The notes under the pieces are model-generated. The model searched no databases. It saw only the letters and a program-made list of their open reading frames with translations, and had not been told where the DNA came from. A stretch of DNA of 63,751 nt, the filler included. It is 9 parts of 9 records of this genome, joined end to end, with 100 filler letters (N's around TTAATTAATTAA, not from the genome) between each part and the next. Parts side by side here need not be neighbours in the genome. Positions count along the whole stretch, not along the records: positions 1 to 5,930 come from SRR20825010_2258; positions 6,031 to 9,472 come from SRR20825010_2263; positions 9,573 to 32,286 come from SRR20825010_2270; 6 more parts are not named here. One strand, 5' to 3'. Of the stretch, positions 1-9,573 are shown piece after piece; the stretch's first letter is position 1, and each line of letters starts with the position of its first letter. Both the position numbers and the translations under genes were made by a program.

Positions 1-137
1 GGCGAAGCGATTGGGACATCGCTGCTGATTAAGCGTGAACCTCCCCAGTGACCAATTGCATAATTCAACAAGGGGTCAAGCGATTTTCAGTGAGGAATCA
101 GGCAACCCCGTCGAGTTGGCGAAATGACAGTCGACGC

Positions 138-1280
138 CTACCGCCCCAACTCACCGCGTGCGATCATTTCCTTCATGATCTCCGAAGTACCTGCATAAAT
201 GGTTTGCACCCGCGCATCGGTGAAAAAACGCGAAATCGGATATTCCTCGGTATAACCATACCCGCCAAACAACTGCAAACATTCGTGGGTTAACTTCACC
301 TGCAACTCTGTCGACATCAATTTCAGAATAGAGGCTTCTTCAGTCGTCATGGCACCCAGCTTGAAACGCGCTTCGCATTGCTTCAAATAGGCTTTGGTTA
401 ATTCAAGCTGTGCACGAAGTTCGGCCATTTTGAATCGCGTATTTTGAAACTGAGCCAATGTACTTCCAAACGCCTTGCGCTGGGTCACGTAATCCACGGT
501 AATGGCCATGGCGCCTTCGCAGGCCCCCACGGCTTGAGAACCCAAGCCCAGGCGCTCGCGTGGCAATTCCTGCATCAGGTAAATGAAGCCTTTGTTTTCT
601 TCGCCCAACAATGCATTCGCTGGCACACGCAGGTTGTCAAAAAACAGTTCGGCCGTGTCATTGGAATGTTGGCCCATTTTTTTGATGCCCTTGCCTTTCT
701 TGAAACCGGGCAAGCTGCTGTCCACCAAAAACAGGCTGATGCCCTTGGCTCCCTTGGTGGTGTCGGTTTTGGCGGCCAATACAATCAGGCCGCAATGCAA
801 GCCATTGGTGATGAATGTTTTGGAACCATTGATCACCCATTCATCGCCATCGCGAACGGCGTTGGTCCGCATGCCTGCAAGGTCGCTGCCTGCGCCCGGC
901 TCGGTCATGCCGATGGAACCCACAATTTCACCGGTGGCCATGCCCGGCAACCACCGCGCCTTTTGTTCAGCCGTGCCCAGGTTGTTGATGTAGGGCATCA
1001 CAATGTTGGCGTGCACATTCAGTGCCGTGCTTAGCGAATGCAAATTCAGCCGGCAGGTTTCTTCAAGAATCATCAAGGCCACTTCAAATGGTGCACCGGC
1101 TGCACCATATTCTTCGGGCATGTCGGGCCCCAACATGCCGGCGGCACCCAGCATCAGCCAGGCTTCCTTGGGCATCCAGCCGTCTTTTTCCCATTGGTCG
1201 TAGTGCGGAATCACTTCCTTTTCCAGACAACGCAAAAGCATGTCGCGAAACAAGGTGATGTCTTCGTTTTCAACTGCCAT
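138..1280 (-). CDS. Acyl-CoA dehydrogenase
   Basis: 380 aa; motifs GMTEPGAGSD, INGSKTFITNG, QLFGGYGY, IYAGTSEIMK. Confidence 0.95.
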   Translation of the reverse strand: MAVENEDITLFRDMLLRCLEKEVIPHYDQWEKDGWMPKEAWLMLGAAGMLGPDMPEEYGAAGAPFEVALMILEETCRLNLHSLSTALNVHANIVMPYINNLGTAEQKARWLPGMATGEIVGSIGMTEPGAGSDLAGMRTNAVRDGDEWVINGSKTFITNGLHCGLIVLAAKTDTTKGAKGISLFLVDSSLPGFKKGKGIKKMGQHSNDTAELFFDNLRVPANALLGEENKGFIYLMQELPRERLGLGSQAVGACEGAMAITVDYVTQRKAFGSTLAQFQNTRFKMAELRAQLELTKAYLKQCEARFKLGAMTTEEASILKLMSTELQVKLTHECLQLFGGYGYTEEYPISRFFTDARVQTIYAGTSEIMKEMIARGELGR

Positions 1281-1298
1281 GATGATTCCCCTTCCTTC

Positions 1299-2069
1299 TT
1301 ACTTCGCTTGCATGCGGATGCTGCCATCAATGCGGATGGTTTCGCCGTTCAGGTAATTGTTTTCAACAATGCTCACGCACAGGCGGCCATATTCCGAAGG
1401 CGCACCGAAACGCTTGGGGTTCTGAACCATGGCAATCAATGGCTGACGGTATTCTTCAGAAACACCTTGCATCATTGGTGTGTCGAAAATCCCGGGCGCA
1501 ATGGTCATGACGCGTATGCCATAACGACCCAAATCGCGGGCCATGGGCAATGTCATGCCGACCACACCACCCTTGCTGGCTGAATATGCGGCTTGCCCGG
1601 TTTGGCCATCGAACGCTGCAACAGATGCGGTGTTGATAATCACACCGCGCTGGCCATCTTCATCGGGTGCATTCTTGGCCATGGCTTCAGCAGCCAGGCT
1701 TGCAATGTTGAAGGTACCAATCAGGTTGATGTTGATGGTTTTTGCAAACACTTCCAGTGGCAATGCCTTGCTGTCGCGGTCTAGCGTTTTGCCTGCCGCG
1801 CCTACACCTGCGCAGTTCACGGCAATGTGAATGGCGCCAAAAGCAGCCATCGTCGCATCAATGCCTGCGCGGGCTGAAGCGGCATCGGCCACATTCACTT
1901 TCTGGAAAATCACTTTACCGGGGTGTGCGGCTTGTGCAGCCTTGCCCGCTTCTTCGTTCATGTCGAACACGGCCACTTTGGCACCAGCTGCAACAAATTG
2001 CTCCACGGTTGCCAAACCCAAACCCGACGCACCACCTGTGACCACGGCCACCAAATTGCTCAAATTCAT
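1299..2069 (-). CDS. SDR family 3-hydroxyacyl-CoA dehydrogenase (HSD17B10-like)
   Basis: TGGASGLG, NCAG and YSASK motifs; start moved to ATG 2069 (MNLSNL), which has a GGAGA RBS. Confidence 0.93.
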   Translation of the reverse strand: MNLSNLVAVVTGGASGLGLATVEQFVAAGAKVAVFDMNEEAGKAAQAAHPGKVIFQKVNVADAASARAGIDATMAAFGAIHIAVNCAGVGAAGKTLDRDSKALPLEVFAKTININLIGTFNIASLAAEAMAKNAPDEDGQRGVIINTASVAAFDGQTGQAAYSASKGGVVGMTLPMARDLGRYGIRVMTIAPGIFDTPMMQGVSEEYRQPLIAMVQNPKRFGAPSEYGRLCVSIVENNYLNGETIRIDGSIRMQAK

Positions 2070-2159
2070 TGAAAAGTCTCCAAAACCGCTGTTTTTATGA
2101 AGTGAATGTAGATATAAACCAAAGGTTAACGCAGAAACAGGCAGCAAGGTGGAGGATGG

Positions 2160-2179
2160 ATTCGAACGAACGTTCGTTT
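2160..2179. promoter_or_regulatory. Palindromic TetR-type operator (FadP-like) upstream of the beta-oxidation genes
   Basis: Perfect palindrome AACGAACGTTCGTT at 2165-2178, about 95 nt upstream of the SDR start. Confidence 0.6.
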
Positions 2180-2208
2180 TTAAAAAATGAGGAAGTTATC
2201 CCTTGAAA

Positions 2209-3105
2209 TCAACGCGTTTTCTTTAGCTCTACGTTCAGGTAACGCCAGAAATCAGCCGCAACCGGCGAAGGTCGCTTGCCGTTGGGCCGCACCGTGTACC
2301 AATTTGCGTGAATCGGAAAGCTTTGCACATTCAAAACCTGAAGGCTGCCCGTGGCGGAACCTGCATTCAAGGCATGTTCAGACAACACCGCCAAACCCAT
2401 ACCGCCCTGCACTGCCTGCTTAATGGCTTCGTTGCTGCCCAATTCAAGCCGCACGGTGGGCTCAAACCCCAGGCTTTCGAAGTGCGAATCGCAGGCCAGG
2501 CGCGTGCCTGAACCCCTTTCGCGCAGAATAAAAGAATGCTTTGCAAGCTCGGTGTGCTTGATTCGCTTACGCTGGGTCAAGGGGTGGCCAGCAGGTGCAA
2601 CCACTTGAAGCGAATTGGTCATGAAGGCCTTGGCCTCAACATCAAGATTCGCTGGTGGTTTGGACATGATGTACAGGTCGTCCAGGTTGTGCTCAAGCCG
2701 CTGAATAACACCGTTGCGGTTTAACACTTCCAGGGCAATTTCAACCTCGGGGTACTTCGCGCAAAAATCGCCCAACAAGCGCGGCACGAAATATTCCGCT
2801 GTACTTACAACTGCCACGGTCAGCTTGCCACGCCGAAAGCCCTTGATGTCGTCGACGCGTTGCTGAAACGCCTCCAGTTCGCCCAGCATGGCGTGTGCGG
2901 TTGCTTCAAGTTCAAGCCCTGCGGGAGTTAAGTACACCGCCTTGCCTATGACCTCGTACAAAGGCAAGCCCACTGATTCGGCCAATTCTTTCATTTGCAT
3001 TGAAACTGTAGGCTGGGTGACATGAAAGTGCCGCGCCACGGCTGTAATGCTTTTCAGGCGAGCCAGTGCGGTGAACAGGTGCAGTTGCCGAAGGGTTAAG
3101 TTCAT
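2209..3105 (-). CDS. LysR regulator, CbbR/CmpR subfamily
   Basis: TLRQL...TQPTVSMQ HTH; VVSTAEYFVPRLLG, RERGSGTR and ELGSNEAIKQAV typical of CbbR-like proteins. Confidence 0.9.
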   Translation of the reverse strand: MNLTLRQLHLFTALARLKSITAVARHFHVTQPTVSMQMKELAESVGLPLYEVIGKAVYLTPAGLELEATAHAMLGELEAFQQRVDDIKGFRRGKLTVAVVSTAEYFVPRLLGDFCAKYPEVEIALEVLNRNGVIQRLEHNLDDLYIMSKPPANLDVEAKAFMTNSLQVVAPAGHPLTQRKRIKHTELAKHSFILRERGSGTRLACDSHFESLGFEPTVRLELGSNEAIKQAVQGGMGLAVLSEHALNAGSATGSLQVLNVQSFPIHANWYTVRPNGKRPSPVAADFWRYLNVELKKTR

Positions 3106-3206
3106 AATGTTACATAACCTTTTGGTGATGATAATTATCTATTTTTTGATTTTACATGATTATTGATTCTGCATAGCATGGGCGCACTTTCAATACTGCA
3201 TGCACC

Positions 3207-4175
3207 ATGAACAACTTCACCGACCCCGCCATTCTGTTTTTCCTCTTGGGTATTTTCAGTGGGCTGGTTAAATCCAACCTGGAAATTCCCGCGCAGGTTA
3301 GCCGATTCCTTTCCTTGTATTTGCTGATGGCCCTGGGTTTGAAAGGCGGCTTTGCTTTGCATGAATCAGGTTTTAACACGCAGGTGCTGGGTGGTTTGGG
3401 CAGTGCAATATTGCTGGCCGTGGTGGTGCCCCTGATCAGTTACCCGATACTGAAGCGCTGTACATCGGCATTTGATGCAGCGGCCATTGCGGCCACTTAC
3501 GGTTCAGTCAGTGCGGTTACTTTTATTACCGCAGTGCAGTTCCTGGAAAAATCAGACATTGCATACGGCGGGCACATGGCAGCCTCAATGGCATTAATGG
3601 AATCGCCTGCCATTATTCTGGCCGTGCTGTTTGCCAATATGGCCCGCAAGCAAACCCAGGTGGTAAATTCAGCACCGGTTCCGGGCAAGGGCTTTGGGCA
3701 CTTGTTGCAGGAATCATTTACAGAGGGCGCGCAGTTGCTGTTGCTGGGTGCCATGCTGATTGGCTTCATGAGCGGCAATGCTGGCAAAGAAGCCATGCAA
3801 CCATTTACGGGCGACCTGTTCAAAGGCATGCTGGCTTTCTTCCTGCTCGACATGGGTTTGAGCACAGCCAAGCACCTTCCAAAACTGAAAACGGTGTCCA
3901 AATGGATGATTGCCTACGCGGTGGTTGCGCCCATTGCACACGCCACGCTGGCTTGGGTTTTGGCCAAAGCCACTGGTGCAAGCGTGGGCGACACGGCCTT
4001 GTTGATGGTGCTGGCAGCAAGTGCTTCCTACATCGCCGTGCCTGCCGTGGTGCGGTATGCAATACCGGAGGCAAACCCAAGCCTGTATGTGGGGCTATCC
4101 TTGGGCATTACATTTCCGCTGAATATTTTGGTGGGGATACCTGTGTATGTTCAGTTGGCGGGACTGGCCAGTTAA
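3207..4175 (+). CDS. sbtA: Sodium-dependent bicarbonate transport family permease (SbtA/DUF897-like)
   Basis: About 10 TM segments; AATYGSVSAVTF, MESPAI, ASASYIAVPA, GITFPLNI motifs. Confidence 0.9.
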   Translation: MNNFTDPAILFFLLGIFSGLVKSNLEIPAQVSRFLSLYLLMALGLKGGFALHESGFNTQVLGGLGSAILLAVVVPLISYPILKRCTSAFDAAAIAATYGSVSAVTFITAVQFLEKSDIAYGGHMAASMALMESPAIILAVLFANMARKQTQVVNSAPVPGKGFGHLLQESFTEGAQLLLLGAMLIGFMSGNAGKEAMQPFTGDLFKGMLAFFLLDMGLSTAKHLPKLKTVSKWMIAYAVVAPIAHATLAWVLAKATGASVGDTALLMVLAASASYIAVPAVVRYAIPEANPSLYVGLSLGITFPLNILVGIPVYVQLAGLAS

Positions 4176-4279
4176 TCAAGACGAGGGAATGAGGCTACCT
4201 GAGTTTGCAGCTACCAATCAAGCCGGATAATCTTGCGCCTCAAATACGCACAATCCACACAATTGAACATCCAAAAAGA

Positions 4280-4294
4280 TGTGTATAATACACA
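4280..4294 (+). promoter_or_regulatory. hicAB autoregulatory operator overlapping the -10 box
   Basis: Inverted repeat TGTGTAT-A-ATACACA containing TATAAT (4284-4289), ending 10 nt before the hicA ATG. Confidence 0.7.
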
Positions 4295-4304
4295 CCACTA
4301 ATTG

Positions 4305-4487
4305 ATGAACAGCAAAGAACTGATTAAACAACTTTTGTTAGATGGTTGGTCTCTCAGGGCAACCAAGGGTTCCCACCACATCTTTGTTCATCGGAACAAA
4401 CCCGGCCATGTTACCGTGCCCCATCCAAAAGGTGACTTGGGAAAGGGTTTGGTTCATTCAATACTCAAACAAGCGAGGCTGAAATGA
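4305..4487 (+). CDS. hicA: HicA family toxin (mRNA interferase)
   Basis: 60 aa; KGSHH and VTVPHP motifs; ATGA overlap with hicB. Confidence 0.93.
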   Translation: MNSKELIKQLLLDGWSLRATKGSHHIFVHRNKPGHVTVPHPKGDLGKGLVHSILKQARLK

Positions 4488-4870
4488 GATATCCAATTGC
4501 AATTGAGCAAGCTGATAACTGCGCTTTCGGAGTGGTAGTGCCAGATTTGCCAGGATGTTTTTCAGCAGGCGACACACTGAATGAAGCCATGGACAACGCC
4601 AAAGAAGCCATAGAACTTTGGCTTGAAACCGTGATCGACGACGGCGGCAAAGTGCCCGAGCCATCAAACATCGACATTCATCGCGCCAAACGCGAATACA
4701 AGGGCTGGATCTGGGCAATCGTTGAAGTCGATTTGGCAAAGCTTTCAGACAAAGTTGAGCGGGTGAATATCACGCTACCATCACGTATTCTTCGGCGCAT
4801 TGACCAAGCAGCAAAAGCAGCAGGTGAAACCCGATCAGGTTTTATTGCTCACCTTGCCCTACGTAGCTAA
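4484..4870 (+). CDS. hicB: HicB family antitoxin with C-terminal ribbon-helix-helix
   Basis: VPDLPGCFSAGDT; RVNITLP...RSGFI RHH. Confidence 0.93.
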   Translation: MRYPIAIEQADNCAFGVVVPDLPGCFSAGDTLNEAMDNAKEAIELWLETVIDDGGKVPEPSNIDIHRAKREYKGWIWAIVEVDLAKLSDKVERVNITLPSRILRRIDQAAKAAGETRSGFIAHLALRS

Positions 4871-5049
4871 AGACTAGAAGATTAAGAAGAAAAGAGGTTT
4901 TTGTTAAATTGGCAGGTGTCGATTAGTCTGCGCTACTCGATAATCGTCCACATTTGACTGCGCTCAACCTTCACAGCGCTTGAATCGAAAAATCCAGGGC
5001 AGGTCAGCTGGACTATTGCAATTTGTTTGTTAAATAGAATTCTTCACCG

Positions 5050-5930
5050 CTACCCCAACAACTCAATCCCATCCAGTTCCCGTGCGCACACTTCCCGCAT
5101 CACCGCCACAAAATCGGCGGTGTAATGCTTGCCCGCAATAGCTTTGGGCAAAGCTGCGTACAAGGTCGACATCAGGCCCTTTCTGCCCAAGGGCACTTGG
5201 GCCACATAGCCGCGGTCCACATAACCTTTCACCGCCCAGGCCGGCAAGGCTGAAAGCCCGCGTTTGCTGGCCACCAGTTGCAGCAGGGCCACTGTTAGTT
5301 CGCTGCTTCGGCGCTTTACCTGCACACCAGCGGGGGTTAAAAAATGCTTGATCACGTCCAGCATGTCATCGGGAACCGGGTAGGTTAGCAGGGTTTCATC
5401 CGCAAAATCGGATGGCTTCAAATACGCACGTTTGGCCAGTTTTGAATCCACAGGCACCAGCCCCACCATTTCAAAGCGGAATAGCGGGAAGGAAACAATG
5501 CCCTCTTCCTCGCACAGCTCGGACACAATTGCCAGTTCCGCATCGCCCTTGTGCAGCAACCCCACCGGGTCGGCATGAAAACCGGAAACAATGTCCAACT
5601 CAACTTCAGGCCAGCGGTTGCGGTACACGTCCATCGAGGGCATTAACCAGTCAAAGCAAGTGTGGCATTCCACGGCCACACGCAGCGGGCCGCCTGCGCC
5701 CTGCTTCATTTGCAAAATATCCAGTTCAGCCTGGTCAACCTGCCCCAGCACCTGCCCTGCCAGTTGCAACAAGCGTTGCCCCACCACGCTGAAGCGGCTT
5801 TGGCCGCCCTGCTTGTAAACCAGTTCTTCGCCGAACCAGTCCTCAAGTGCCTTGATTTGGTGCGACACCGCACTTTGGGTAATGCACAGCACATCGGCTG
5901 CACGGCTTAGGCTGCCGGTTTGCTCAATGG
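5050..5930 (-). CDS. metR: MetR-like LysR regulator (N-terminus cut by contig end)
   Basis: TQSAVSHQI HTH; VECHTCFDWLMP signature; frame is open to the gap. Confidence 0.85.
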
Positions 5931-6030
5931 NNNNNNNNNNNNNNNNNNNNNNNNNNNNNNNNNNNNNNNNNNNNTTAATTAATTAANNNNNNNNNNNNNN
6001 NNNNNNNNNNNNNNNNNNNNNNNNNNNNNN
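5931..6030. other. Artificial contig spacer (N44-TTAATTAATTAA-N44); identical spacers at 9473-9572, 32287-32386, 36095-36194, 40339-40438, 45779-45878, 49387-49486 and 55834-55933
   Basis: Identical 100-nt structure with stops in all six frames; gene content and composition change across each spacer. Confidence 0.98.
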
Positions 6031-6031
6031 A

Positions 6032-7033
6032 CGTAATAATTCGACTCTCGATGATGGCATTACTCAGTCCGCGATTCGCCTGTTGATTCACGTCGATCAG
6101 GCTCATCAGTTTCAGAATCAGAAAATTCACGAAGCGGCAGAGATCGCATTGAACGCTTTACTCGCCGCTCAGTTCCCGGTCGGCGCGTTTCCTCAAGTCT
6201 GGACAGAACCAGTCAAAAAAGTTGCTCCGAAAGCAGGGAACTTTCCGGAGTACGACTGGCGGACTGAAGGTCGAGTCAAGAACTACTGGGATTGTTATAC
6301 ATTGAACGACGGGTCAGCCGGATATGTTTCGACAGTGCTGATCGAAGCGTATGAAATTTATCAGGACCCTCGATATCAACAGGCTGTCTTAAAACTGGGC
6401 GATTTTCTGATAGCGTCACAACTTCCGCAACCTCAGCCTGCCTGGGCGCAACAGTATAACTATGAAATGCAGCCGATCTGGGCGCGTCGCTTCGAGCCGC
6501 CGGCTGTCACGGGGGGAGAGACTCAGGATGTAATCGAAACCCTGATGAAAATCTATCAATTCAGTGGCGGAGATGAGAAGTACCTGAAACCGATTCCACA
6601 GGCGCTGGCCTGGTTGAAAAAATCGCAACTTCCGGACGGTCAACTGGCTCGCTACTATGAACTCAAAACCAATCGGCCACTGTATATGACGCGAAGGGGT
6701 AAAGACTACAGTCTGACTTATGACGATTCCGATCTACCGCGTCATTATGGCTGGAAAATTGAATCGAAACTTCCTCAGCTGCAGCGGGAATATAATATTC
6801 TTAAAACGGGAAAGCAGCAAACCACCAAAACCAGCCAGCGTGAGCTTTCAGCACAGGTCAAAACGATCTTAAAAAAACTGGATCCTCAAGCACGATGGAT
6901 CAGCACCAGTACGGGAGAGCGTCTGGTGGGACAGCCTAAGTTTCCGGTCAACAGTCAGTATCTTGCGAGTGAAGTTTTCAGTGAGAACCTGGAGACACTC
7001 AGCGCCTATCTGGAATTACTCAAAACCGATTGA
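6032..7033 (+). CDS. PL10 family pectate lyase (PelA/Pel-15E-like), 5' partial
   Basis: Frame open from the contig edge (RNNSTLDDGIT...); TLNDG, AWAQQY...PIWARRFEP, ARYYEL motifs. Confidence 0.75.
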   Translation, partial: RNNSTLDDGITQSAIRLLIHVDQAHQFQNQKIHEAAEIALNALLAAQFPVGAFPQVWTEPVKKVAPKAGNFPEYDWRTEGRVKNYWDCYTLNDGSAGYVSTVLIEAYEIYQDPRYQQAVLKLGDFLIASQLPQPQPAWAQQYNYEMQPIWARRFEPPAVTGGETQDVIETLMKIYQFSGGDEKYLKPIPQALAWLKKSQLPDGQLARYYELKTNRPLYMTRRGKDYSLTYDDSDLPRHYGWKIESKLPQLQREYNILKTGKQQTTKTSQRELSAQVKTILKKLDPQARWISTSTGERLVGQPKFPVNSQYLASEVFSENLETLSAYLELLKTD

Positions 7034-7049
7034 ATGGACGACAGCGAAA

Positions 7050-7718
7050 TCAGTGCGGAATCCCATTCAGGTGAAAGATGGAGTTCATCGTGATGACTTT
7101 CGTCTCGCCCTGCTGGTAGCGGATGAGATTGATCCCGGTATTGGTCTGCGTGAGATCTTTGGCCTTACTGATATCCAGGCCCAGCACCCGCGCGAGGTAC
7201 ACCCGGTTCACCACATTATGCGCGACCACGACAATCGTTTCTCCTAAATGTCGGTCCAGCAGATTCTGGATGGCAGGCTCTGCCCGGTTGAGCACATCGC
7301 CGTAGGATTCTCCCCCTTCATACCGGTTTTGATACGGGTCATGTATGAATGCTTCATAAGCTTCGGGAAATTCCTGCATGATAATGTCCCAGGATTTTCC
7401 CTCCCAGAGACCTACATCACATTCATGGATTTCAGCCACCTCTCGAGGAGTCAACCCCAGTGGTTCGCAGATCGCTTCAGCGGTTTCCCGGGCACGGATC
7501 ATGGGGCTGCAGTAAACATGATGGATCGGACTGCTGGAAGAAAGGAACTGACCTAATGCGGCAGCCTGTTTTTGTCCCGCTTCACTCAAGCTGGGATTGA
7601 TCCCACAGCCCTGCAGGATGAAAGGACGCTGTTCATTGGGAGGCGTGGCACCATGACGGATCAGCAGCAGGTTTGTGGCATCCGTTTCCGGGTGAGGTAC
7701 CATTTTTGGAGGTTTCAT
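7050..7718 (-). CDS. Histidine phosphatase / phosphoglycerate mutase family
   Basis: LIRHG, SPMIRARET, E-x-D-x-G-x-WEG and VVAH motifs. Confidence 0.92.
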   Translation of the reverse strand: MKPPKMVPHPETDATNLLLIRHGATPPNEQRPFILQGCGINPSLSEAGQKQAAALGQFLSSSSPIHHVYCSPMIRARETAEAICEPLGLTPREVAEIHECDVGLWEGKSWDIIMQEFPEAYEAFIHDPYQNRYEGGESYGDVLNRAEPAIQNLLDRHLGETIVVVAHNVVNRVYLARVLGLDISKAKDLTQTNTGINLIRYQQGETKVITMNSIFHLNGIPH

Positions 7719-7751
7719 ATCGGGTCCTGTCGAGATGATAATAGCAAACGC

Positions 7752-8786
7752 TTACCGGTTTGACTGATGCTGAGACAACTTTGCTGCTGCTTTGGTTGCT
7801 TCAATGATGCCTCGGGTTTCTGGGACAGTATCGCTCCAGGCAATATCAAAGGCTGTACCATGGCTGGGGCTGGTTCTCACGATCGGCAGACCGAGTGTGA
7901 TGTTGACTGCCTGATCAAAACCGAGCAACTTAAAAGGAATATGTCCCTGGTCGTGATACATGGCGACGACGGCATCGAATTCACCATGGACGGCTCTGCG
8001 AATCAGGGTATCTGCAGGCAAGGGGCCGGTCACGTCAAGCCCTGATTGAATCGCCTGTTCGACTGCAGGGGCGATGATGCGTGCTTCTTCATCTCCGAAC
8101 AGACCATGCTCACCCGCGTGCGGATTCAAAGCGCAGACGGCAACTCGGGGTTGAACTGCTCCCATTTTCTGCATCAGTTCCGAGATGAGTCTGATTTTTT
8201 CAAATATCGCATCGGTGTTGAGTAAACCGGGAACGCTGGCAATTGATGTGTGTAAAGTGGTGTGGACAATTCCCAGGCCGGCGGGAGACTGGATCGCAGC
8301 ATCATTTGGCAGATAGAGCATCATACCATACTCAGCGACGCCACAGCGGTCAGCTAGAATCTCGGTATGACCGGGGTAATCAATGCGGGCCAGTCGAAGC
8401 GACTCCTTATTCAGAGGAGCAGTTGTAATGGCATCCATCTGTCCGGAGAGGCAATCATCAATGGCACTTACCAGATAATCATAGGCACCCTGACCTGAGC
8501 GTGCATCGATTTGAGAGGGGACTGCATCGGCGACATCCGAATTTCCACGATCAATACAGTTCGCGATTCCCGCCCGGAATTCCAGACTGTCTGAAATGGA
8601 TTCGATTTCGCGGATCTGCAGTTGAGATCCGGATTGTTGAGATGCACGCTGGAGAACGGCAGCATTCCCATAAACAACAGGGCGACAGATCTGAAAGATT
8701 TCAGAGCCGCTGCAGAGCACATCCAGCAATTGTGGACCAATGCCTGAGACATCACCCATGGTCAATGCAATGAGAGGCAATTTCAT
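7752..8786 (-). CDS. pdxA: 4-hydroxythreonine-4-phosphate dehydrogenase PdxA family
   Basis: MGDVSGIGP, PGHTE, LNPHAGE, MYHDQG, RTSPSHGTAFDIA. Confidence 0.93.
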   Translation of the reverse strand: MKLPLIALTMGDVSGIGPQLLDVLCSGSEIFQICRPVVYGNAAVLQRASQQSGSQLQIREIESISDSLEFRAGIANCIDRGNSDVADAVPSQIDARSGQGAYDYLVSAIDDCLSGQMDAITTAPLNKESLRLARIDYPGHTEILADRCGVAEYGMMLYLPNDAAIQSPAGLGIVHTTLHTSIASVPGLLNTDAIFEKIRLISELMQKMGAVQPRVAVCALNPHAGEHGLFGDEEARIIAPAVEQAIQSGLDVTGPLPADTLIRRAVHGEFDAVVAMYHDQGHIPFKLLGFDQAVNITLGLPIVRTSPSHGTAFDIAWSDTVPETRGIIEATKAAAKLSQHQSNR

Positions 8787-9331
8787 AGTGATTCGAATAT
8801 TTCACATTCGGACAGGGGAAGACCCTTGCTGTCTTTTTCAGATAGAATTGGTTCGCCTGACAGAGGCCATTCGATTTCTAAAGCAGGATCATTCCACAGC
8901 AGGGTTCGCTCGTATTCAGGAAAATAATAGTCAGTGCATTTATACATGAAGTCAGCACGCGGGCTGAGGACATAAAAGCCGTGGGCGAACCCAGCGGGCA
9001 CGAAGAGTTGTTTATGGTTCTCAGCCGACAGCAGGACCGAAATTGATTTCCCGAATGTGGGAGAATTCTTTCTGAGATCAACACAGACATCCAGGATTTC
9101 ACCCTCCACTGCAAACACCAGTTTTGCCTGGGGACGCTGAATCTGAAAATGTAATCCGCGCAGGATACCGGCGGAGGACCGTGAGTGGTTATCCTGTACA
9201 AAAGGTCCCGATATTCCTGCCTGTTCGTAGCGTTCCTGCTGGAAGGTCTCCTTAAAGAAACCACGATCATCAGAAAAGACGCGTGGGGTGATGATCACTA
9301 AGCCGGGAAATTCAGTCTGTTGTATATCCAT
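8783..9331 (-). CDS. rfbC: dTDP-4-dehydrorhamnose 3,5-epimerase
   Basis: DDRGFF, QDNHS, LRGLHFQ, GFAHGF. Confidence 0.96.
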   Translation of the reverse strand: MDIQQTEFPGLVIITPRVFSDDRGFFKETFQQERYEQAGISGPFVQDNHSRSSAGILRGLHFQIQRPQAKLVFAVEGEILDVCVDLRKNSPTFGKSISVLLSAENHKQLFVPAGFAHGFYVLSPRADFMYKCTDYYFPEYERTLLWNDPALEIEWPLSGEPILSEKDSKGLPLSECEIFESL

Positions 9332-9573
9332 ATGACAACAAATTCTTTCTTGAGAGGAAATGGGCTTTTACGAGACGGATGTTGAAATTAGAAGACGTGA
9401 GCTAATAATAGCGAATTTTCTGTTGGATAAAAGCAATGCTAAGAGTCTGATCTCTGAGTTCTCAAAATCTTTNNNNNNNNNNNNNNNNNNNNNNNNNNNN
9501 NNNNNNNNNNNNNNNNTTAATTAATTAANNNNNNNNNNNNNNNNNNNNNNNNNNNNNNNNNNNNNNNNNNNNT

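Noticed and set aside
5975-5986. Recurrent TTAATTAATTAA motif as a biological repeat
   Set aside because: Always centred in N runs of identical length; it is an artificial six-frame-stop linker.
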